The notes under the pieces: generated by a model
Databases searched by the model: none
Told to the model about the DNA's origin: nothing
What the model saw: only the letters and a program-made list of their open reading frames with translations
Assembly (NCBI GenBank): GCA_030648835.1
Contig: JAUSGT010000002.1
Span: 200,081-264,080 of the forward strand
Direction of reading: 5' to 3'
DNA: 64,000 bases
Source of the DNA: Candidatus Moraniibacteriota bacterium
GTDB taxonomy: Bacteria; Patescibacteriota; Minisyncoccia; Moranbacterales; UBA1568
Translations under genes and position numbers: made by a program
Shown here: in pieces, positions 58,225 to 64,000 of the stretch
Layout of the letters: every line of letters begins with the position of its first letter
Numbering within the stretch: position 1 is the first letter of the stretch

Positions 58225-60624
58225 ATGTTGATTGAAGACGCAAAGAATCAGATCATAGCACGCTCGCTCGCGGCTGCAGAAAATGCCAGAAAATCTCGGG
58301 CGAGTGGGGCAGGAACACCGGGTTTGCCAGAACTCACACCAAACGGACAGGGAGATGTTGTAGTTGATGTCGTAAAAGTTGCAGATGGAGAGAAACCAGA
58401 TGTTGATGTGGAAAAGAATACGAGGGTACGGGAACCCAGAGCTAAAAAGCCAACGGCGGGTGCTCCAGCTCGGCCAGATTTACACAAAGAAGTGGGAGAA
58501 GTTCCGGATGCCAGGAAAGAGGCATTTCTGACGGTTTTTACGAAAAAATTTGAAGAGTTGAAAGAAAAAATATCGACAGCAGATGGCAGGACGTTGAGAG
58601 GTGTGAAACGCGGCAAAGAAGGCGACGTTTACAGGTTTTTTAATCTTGATGACTTTGCCGATTATTTCAATAACTTGAATGGGAAGAGGGAAGAAGCGGA
58701 ACGTGTGGAAGGAATTGAAAAGATAGTTGTGGCGGAAAGAGAACTGGGAGAATTATATAGGGCCCGGTGGGAGGCGCTAAAAGGAAAAGGAGCAACATCG
58801 GTAGATAGACAAGGGCGAGAAAAGAGACCTTCGATTCAAGAATCAGTGAGTGATGGTGACAAGTGGTTACAGGAGACGAAAACGTTGATACCGGAGTTGG
58901 GCAATCTGGATGCTTTGAAGAAGCTGACAGTTTTTATAGGTGAGGGCGCAAGAAGAACAAGAAGTTTTGATTTTCCCGCTGGGTTTACATATCTTTTAGG
59001 AAAAAATGTTCCAGAAAATATTCGGGAACGATTCAGAACTGAGAAGAGTGACCTTATGAAGCTCTGGCAGGTGCAGGTGGTGAAGGTTCTCTTCGATCAG
59101 CCGGGTGTCGAATCAGGCTTCGCAAACTTTTTGCAAGGCTCATTTCAAGAACTGAAAGATAAAAAATTGAGGAAAACAGATTTTATTGAAAGGTGTGTTC
59201 AGAGACTGGGCCTCAAAGAAAAGGAGCTGGAGGATTTAGCAGAGCCAAGACCCTGTAAAGCTTTACAGGATGAGCTTCACGAACTTTATAATAAAAACTT
59301 CGCGGCTATTGAAGCGGCACAGCAGGCAAAAGGGAGTGGCGGAAAACCAGAGGATAAAAAACTTACCAATGAGGAGTTGTTTGCAGAACTGGCCAACAAA
59401 TTGAAAGTGGACGGAGTCTTTAAGAAGGGCGAGGAACCGTTACTGATCATAAGAACTCTTCCTTTGGAAAATGCCCCTCCAGAGATAGGTATAGAGTATA
59501 GAGATGACAGTGGGACTTGGAAGAAAGGAAAAGTTACGCCAAAACTCGTGCAGGGATTTTTGAAACAATTGAAGACAAACTTCGGCTGGACTTTGGAGAA
59601 AATGATCGTGGTACAGCCAGCGGCGAAGAAAAAACGTTCGGGTGTTTCTAAAGGTTTGCCGATTACCCCGGATGAAGCTGCCAGGAGAGCTCTAGCTTCT
59701 AAAAAAGCTTGGGATGAACAATATGAAAGAAATATGGCAGCTCAGAAAGCAGAGGCTGAGGAAAAAAGAAAAGCAGGAGCTGTAAAGCCAGAGCTGAAGT
59801 CACCAGTGGATGAGCAAGAGAGCGTACGGGGAATGAATGAAAATAGAGAAATCAAGGAAGCGATATTGAAAGCAGGAAATTTTAGTGAATTATTTGAGAC
59901 TTTAAACGGTGTAGAAGGGATTCAAGGGGAAGAGCGATTTTTCGAGTCGGTGTATCTCATCGCCACTATCAATTCAGTCAGGGAGGGGACTCTTGAAGTT
60001 AACTCTGTAACGAGAGGGGCTAGCCTGCGCGACAAGGTAGGAGAGCTCTTGAAAATAGAGAGGAAGGCACAAGCGGCACTGAAGATATTGGGGGGTATTA
60101 TCGAGAAAAAGAAAACATGGGCGGAGAGATATTTTAAAAAAAATCCTGATACAATAACACAGGGACAATACAATCAACTGGTTTCCTTCCTTGACAGATT
60201 ATTGGATTCCACCACGAGCGCTCTTACAAAAGATCCTAAGAACAGAAAAGTAATTTACGCTCTCAAGGAGGCTCGCGAGGTCAGATTTATGCCGGAAGAA
60301 CCAGTAAAAGGGCAGCCTGTCGTTGTGCCTGAACAGTTAAAACCGCAAGAACGGACGTATGAAGAACTGGAGGCGCAATTGCAGGAAGACGGCACCGATC
60401 TTCTGATAATGGGTTCTTTGGGCAAGGCTTTCCATGCCATGAAGACAACGTCGGCTGAACTTGCCAAGAATAAAGAACAGTATTGGGAGGTTATCAAGAC
60501 TGAAATGTTGAAAAACTTCGGAAAATCCCTGAAGGGAATTCAGAAGAGGTTTGGCTGGATTGATGCGGAATTGAATGACTTTTCCGAGAAAATCATCCGC
60601 AAAGCATTTGAGAAGTATCTCTAG
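58225..60624 (+). CDS. Large charged hypothetical protein
   Basis: 799-aa ORF; no recognisable motif. Confidence 0.8.
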   Translation: MLIEDAKNQIIARSLAAAENARKSRASGAGTPGLPELTPNGQGDVVVDVVKVADGEKPDVDVEKNTRVREPRAKKPTAGAPARPDLHKEVGEVPDARKEAFLTVFTKKFEELKEKISTADGRTLRGVKRGKEGDVYRFFNLDDFADYFNNLNGKREEAERVEGIEKIVVAERELGELYRARWEALKGKGATSVDRQGREKRPSIQESVSDGDKWLQETKTLIPELGNLDALKKLTVFIGEGARRTRSFDFPAGFTYLLGKNVPENIRERFRTEKSDLMKLWQVQVVKVLFDQPGVESGFANFLQGSFQELKDKKLRKTDFIERCVQRLGLKEKELEDLAEPRPCKALQDELHELYNKNFAAIEAAQQAKGSGGKPEDKKLTNEELFAELANKLKVDGVFKKGEEPLLIIRTLPLENAPPEIGIEYRDDSGTWKKGKVTPKLVQGFLKQLKTNFGWTLEKMIVVQPAAKKKRSGVSKGLPITPDEAARRALASKKAWDEQYERNMAAQKAEAEEKRKAGAVKPELKSPVDEQESVRGMNENREIKEAILKAGNFSELFETLNGVEGIQGEERFFESVYLIATINSVREGTLEVNSVTRGASLRDKVGELLKIERKAQAALKILGGIIEKKKTWAERYFKKNPDTITQGQYNQLVSFLDRLLDSTTSALTKDPKNRKVIYALKEAREVRFMPEEPVKGQPVVVPEQLKPQERTYEELEAQLQEDGTDLLIMGSLGKAFHAMKTTSAELAKNKEQYWEVIKTEMLKNFGKSLKGIQKRFGWIDAELNDFSEKIIRKAFEKYL

Positions 60625-60632
60625 TTTACCGT

Positions 60633-63600
60633 ATGGCATCCAAAGAATTCGATATACTAAAAGCGATTCAAGCAGGGGCGAAGACCGGGAGCGAAGAGCT
60701 CGAGGGCCAGCTTGGCATTGGTGGAAAAGACAAGAAAAAATATTCACCAAAATCCCGTAAGTCCGCTAGAGCCGCTGTAACGTCTGAAATTGCTCCGGGC
60801 ATTCCCGTTACCCCGGTTGTTGTGGAACCGATGTCGGCATCGGCAGATGTCATTGTACCCAAAAAACTGAGAGGGCGGCGGAGACAAGGTGGAGGAGATA
60901 AAGGAAAAAAATCAGAAAGTATAACTATTTCTTCGGCGATGCAAGCTCCGGCCTTGCCCAATGTTGTTGTGGCGCCTGATTCAGAAGCAGCAAAATTGAA
61001 CCGCGTTTCTCCCATTGATCTTTCGGAAGTGAAGAACGGAAAAGACTTTCAATTTGCTGACAAAGATGGAAGCGACTTCATTGTGAGAGCGGATAATGAA
61101 ACACCGGGCCATTACCTTCTTCTTTCCGGAGATGGAAAACGAGTTTTAGGTTCTTTTGGCGAAGGCCATATAAGGGGAATAATAGAAGATGAAAGAGTGG
61201 AAGCGGTTGTTGAGCCAGTAGCATCAGCTTCAATGGAACCAGTAGCAATGGCAGAACCAGAACTGACAGTTGAACCTGCAATGGCTACTATCCCGAAAGC
61301 AGTTATCCCGGACGCCATCACCAAGCCTTTCATATCTACTCCAGAAGTGGAAGCGTCTCTCAATGCGGGTCTAAACGCTTTGGAGAGAGGCGAAACATTG
61401 CGTTTTGTCGGGAAAACCGGAGATATTTATAGGGTGAGCAAACGAGATAGTGTTCATTATAATTTGACACAGCCTGATGGGAGGATTGATGCGGTTAATG
61501 AGATATATTTACGGGAACAAATGGAGGGGAACTGGACGCGTTTGGAAAACGAAGAACCGGAACTGCCCAAGGGAACCACTCCGGAAAATCCTTCCGTTTC
61601 TCCTACTGAGAGAGAAAAGCTTGAACAGAAAATTGCCGCCTTGAAAAAAGAGGTGGAAGATCTACGCAAAGAATATGTAAAAGCAGATTACGAAGAGACG
61701 AATGCGTGGGCGAGGGTGAGGAAGTTTTTCGGAAAAAATTTGAAAGGTCTCGGTGAGAGAGACTGGCAGGAAAAACAATATAATAAGAAAGATGGTAATT
61801 CAGATGGTGTGTACATGCAGGCATTGTATCAGAACAAACTGGTTGATTTGAAGAATGCAGAGCTGTCTTTGATCAAGGAGCGCGCAGCCGCAGGCGATGG
61901 ATGGAAAAAAGAAATGGGCGATATGATCAAATACTTCGGTGTGGATGAAGTGACGAAGTTGATAGACGCCCGCACACAGTATCGGGCGGAGAATCAGAAT
62001 TTTCCGACGAAAATACTCGACGCATTTGGGGCTTTGGGAAGAGAGTATAACAAGCTTTCCATGAAACAAAAATTGGCTATTACTGCTGTCTGTGCAGCTG
62101 GGACGATTGGGCTTACTTTATCCGGTGGCACGGCGGCCGGTGCGATGGCTGGTTTGATCATGGGCGGAAAAAGATTTTTTGCGACTGCCGGACTGACGGT
62201 CGGTACGGAGGCCCTGCTTGATAGTTCCCGGACAAGGATGCGTAGCAAAGAAATGGAAGAAGAAATGAAGACGCTCGAAAAAGAGATGTCCGAAAAAGGA
62301 TTTGCCCACCTCGAAGCTGTTATCAAGAATAAAGCGCTCTCGATCGATGATGAGCTCCAGAAGGCGAAACTGACGAAGTTGCTCCACAAGGCCGGTGCAT
62401 TGACTGTTGGTTTGGCTGTCGGTTCCGGTTGGCTGACGCAGGTAGTGATGGATCATTTTGGCGGGCATGAAGCCGTCGATTGGGTGAAAGAGCACGCTAA
62501 AAATCTTATGGGAGATTATACTGTGATCCATCCCAAAGCAGAATTTGCCGCAAAAATGCCGATAGATCTTGATTTAGATTCAGACGCGCGGGACAGCGCT
62601 ATGGCCGCGGCCAGCCAAGCTCCAGTGATGTCTGGAGGTGTTCCTGACCCAGGTCTTGAACTGGATTCAGACGCGCGGGACAGCGCTTACTTGGCAGCGG
62701 ATAAAGGATCAGCGTCGCCTGGTAGTGCTTTTATCACAGGGAACGAATCAGAGTTGGACATGCGGGACAGCGCCCAAATAGCAGCAGGCCAAGCAGAGAC
62801 AGTTCCTGGGAATCTTTCCGGTACAGGCGATGGATCAGAGTTGGACATGCGGGACAGCGCTCAAGCAGTAGTAGAACAAGCGAAGGAATCACCTAGCAGT
62901 GCTTTTATCACAGGGAACGAATCAGAATTGGATATGCGGGCTGACAATCCACTAGCAAGTGAAACGGGCAATGGATCAGAGTTGGATATGCGAGATAGCG
63001 TTCAGATTGCGGCTGCCACAGCCGCTGAAGCGAGGCCTAGCATCATCAATGAGTTTATCAATCAAGACATCACCGTGAAGAAAGGCGATTCAGTATGGAA
63101 AATTGCCGGCAGGTTGGCGAAAGAACTTGGGATAGACGAAAAAAGTCCTCAAGGCACGCGTTTCATCAATGCCTTGAAAAATCAGTATGGGGATGTCTTA
63201 CTGAAAGAGGGATCTGTCATCAATCTTGCAGATAGCGGTATAGACAAGGAATTTGTCGAAAATGCATATGCAGATGCCACTACCTTGTCACCGGAAAAGA
63301 TGGCGAGTATCGCGGCCAACGATGTGAAGCTTCGGGAATTTGCGGCGGCTCATCCGGATGTCACGCTGACGGACGGCAAAGTGGATGATATTTTACATGG
63401 GAATGGAGCGGATCCGGCGGGGAAAACAAATCTTGGGTGGGAACATGGAGATGATGAAACCATAAACTATAATGATCATACGGTGAGAGAAACACCATCG
63501 GAAGAGAATATGGACGATCTTGTTTCTGATTCATCATCTGATACTCAGGCGGAATCCAGTGGAGCAGCCGCGTCGGAAAACGAAACGGTAATTGTAACTC

Positions 63601-63992
63601 GCGATGAGGGATCGGTAAAAAGTGCTGACATAGAATATGAGCGGGATATTCGTTTGGGGAAAGCGTACGATATCAATGTATATAAGGAGTATTTTGTGCA
63701 AAATCCGGAAGCATTCGGAGCATATAAAAAACTGGGAGAAGGCTATCTGGGGTTCATTTCGCAGGGCGATGCGAGCGCGATGAGATCTTTGGGAGGCAAG
63801 ACATTCCGCGAGTTAGGGAATATTGTGAGCGATCCTTTGGGGAGATTTGTGGCGTTGGCCAGGGAAGTCTATGGGAGTAAACTCGGTCTGCCCGGTCCGA
63901 AAGAAAAAGTGTATGAATATGTGGCGCGCATGGCGATGATCGGTATGGAACATCCGGAAGGCAAACTCATTCGGATTCCGCAGTCGATATGA
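60633..63992 (+). CDS. Large membrane-associated protein with internal repeats and a LysM-like motif
   Basis: Gly/Ala-rich hydrophobic segments, ELDMRDSA / LDSDARDSA repeats, ITVKKGDSVWKIA. Confidence 0.8.
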   Translation: MASKEFDILKAIQAGAKTGSEELEGQLGIGGKDKKKYSPKSRKSARAAVTSEIAPGIPVTPVVVEPMSASADVIVPKKLRGRRRQGGGDKGKKSESITISSAMQAPALPNVVVAPDSEAAKLNRVSPIDLSEVKNGKDFQFADKDGSDFIVRADNETPGHYLLLSGDGKRVLGSFGEGHIRGIIEDERVEAVVEPVASASMEPVAMAEPELTVEPAMATIPKAVIPDAITKPFISTPEVEASLNAGLNALERGETLRFVGKTGDIYRVSKRDSVHYNLTQPDGRIDAVNEIYLREQMEGNWTRLENEEPELPKGTTPENPSVSPTEREKLEQKIAALKKEVEDLRKEYVKADYEETNAWARVRKFFGKNLKGLGERDWQEKQYNKKDGNSDGVYMQALYQNKLVDLKNAELSLIKERAAAGDGWKKEMGDMIKYFGVDEVTKLIDARTQYRAENQNFPTKILDAFGALGREYNKLSMKQKLAITAVCAAGTIGLTLSGGTAAGAMAGLIMGGKRFFATAGLTVGTEALLDSSRTRMRSKEMEEEMKTLEKEMSEKGFAHLEAVIKNKALSIDDELQKAKLTKLLHKAGALTVGLAVGSGWLTQVVMDHFGGHEAVDWVKEHAKNLMGDYTVIHPKAEFAAKMPIDLDLDSDARDSAMAAASQAPVMSGGVPDPGLELDSDARDSAYLAADKGSASPGSAFITGNESELDMRDSAQIAAGQAETVPGNLSGTGDGSELDMRDSAQAVVEQAKESPSSAFITGNESELDMRADNPLASETGNGSELDMRDSVQIAAATAAEARPSIINEFINQDITVKKGDSVWKIAGRLAKELGIDEKSPQGTRFINALKNQYGDVLLKEGSVINLADSGIDKEFVENAYADATTLSPEKMASIAANDVKLREFAAAHPDVTLTDGKVDDILHGNGADPAGKTNLGWEHGDDETINYNDHTVRETPSEENMDDLVSDSSSDTQAESSGAAASENETVIVTRDEGSVKSADIEYERDIRLGKAYDINVYKEYFVQNPEAFGAYKKLGEGYLGFISQGDASAMRSLGGKTFRELGNIVSDPLGRFVALAREVYGSKLGLPGPKEKVYEYVARMAMIGMEHPEGKLIRIPQSI
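62566..63010 (+). repeat. Intragenic degenerate tandem repeats
   Basis: GATTCAGACGCGCGGGACAGCGCT x2; ATCAGARTTGGAYATGCG x4; AGTGCTTTTATCACAGGGAACGAATCAGA x2. Confidence 0.85.
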
Positions 63993-64000
63993 AGCTCAAA

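Overview
Core-genome window of a reduced-genome bacterium, most likely Patescibacteria/CPR (Parcubacteria-like). This assignment is an inference from the missing rpmD/L30 between rpsE and rplO, the near absence of Shine-Dalgarno motifs, the split comEC, the ArnT/PMT-like glycosyltransferases and the palindromic micro-repeats. It carries ftsA(3' part)-ftsZ, nrdR, comEC, ndk, tRNA-Pro(GGG), rpmB (absent from the ORF track), the str-S10-spc ribosomal cluster (rpsL to map), a glycolysis block (galT, tpiA, fba, gap), murD, gdh, trxB, murA, mreB, glycosyltransferases, holB, an ftsQ-like gene and three very large hypothetical proteins. The main accessory feature is a complete diversity-generating retroelement (DGR) at about 40.8-43.7 kb. 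Its 118-bp VR (41645-41762) and TR (42107-42224) differ at 16 positions, all TR adenines. The avd and RT genes overlap head-to-head across one G10/C10 tract, and removing a single base restores ATG-initiated frames for both, which suggests a shared phase-variation switch. Other notable items: an intact tRNA-Pro nested between the two ends of a second tRNA-Pro-like gene, several dispersed hairpin families with compensatory changes, in-frame palindromic inserts in genes, and a possible orphan DGR target.
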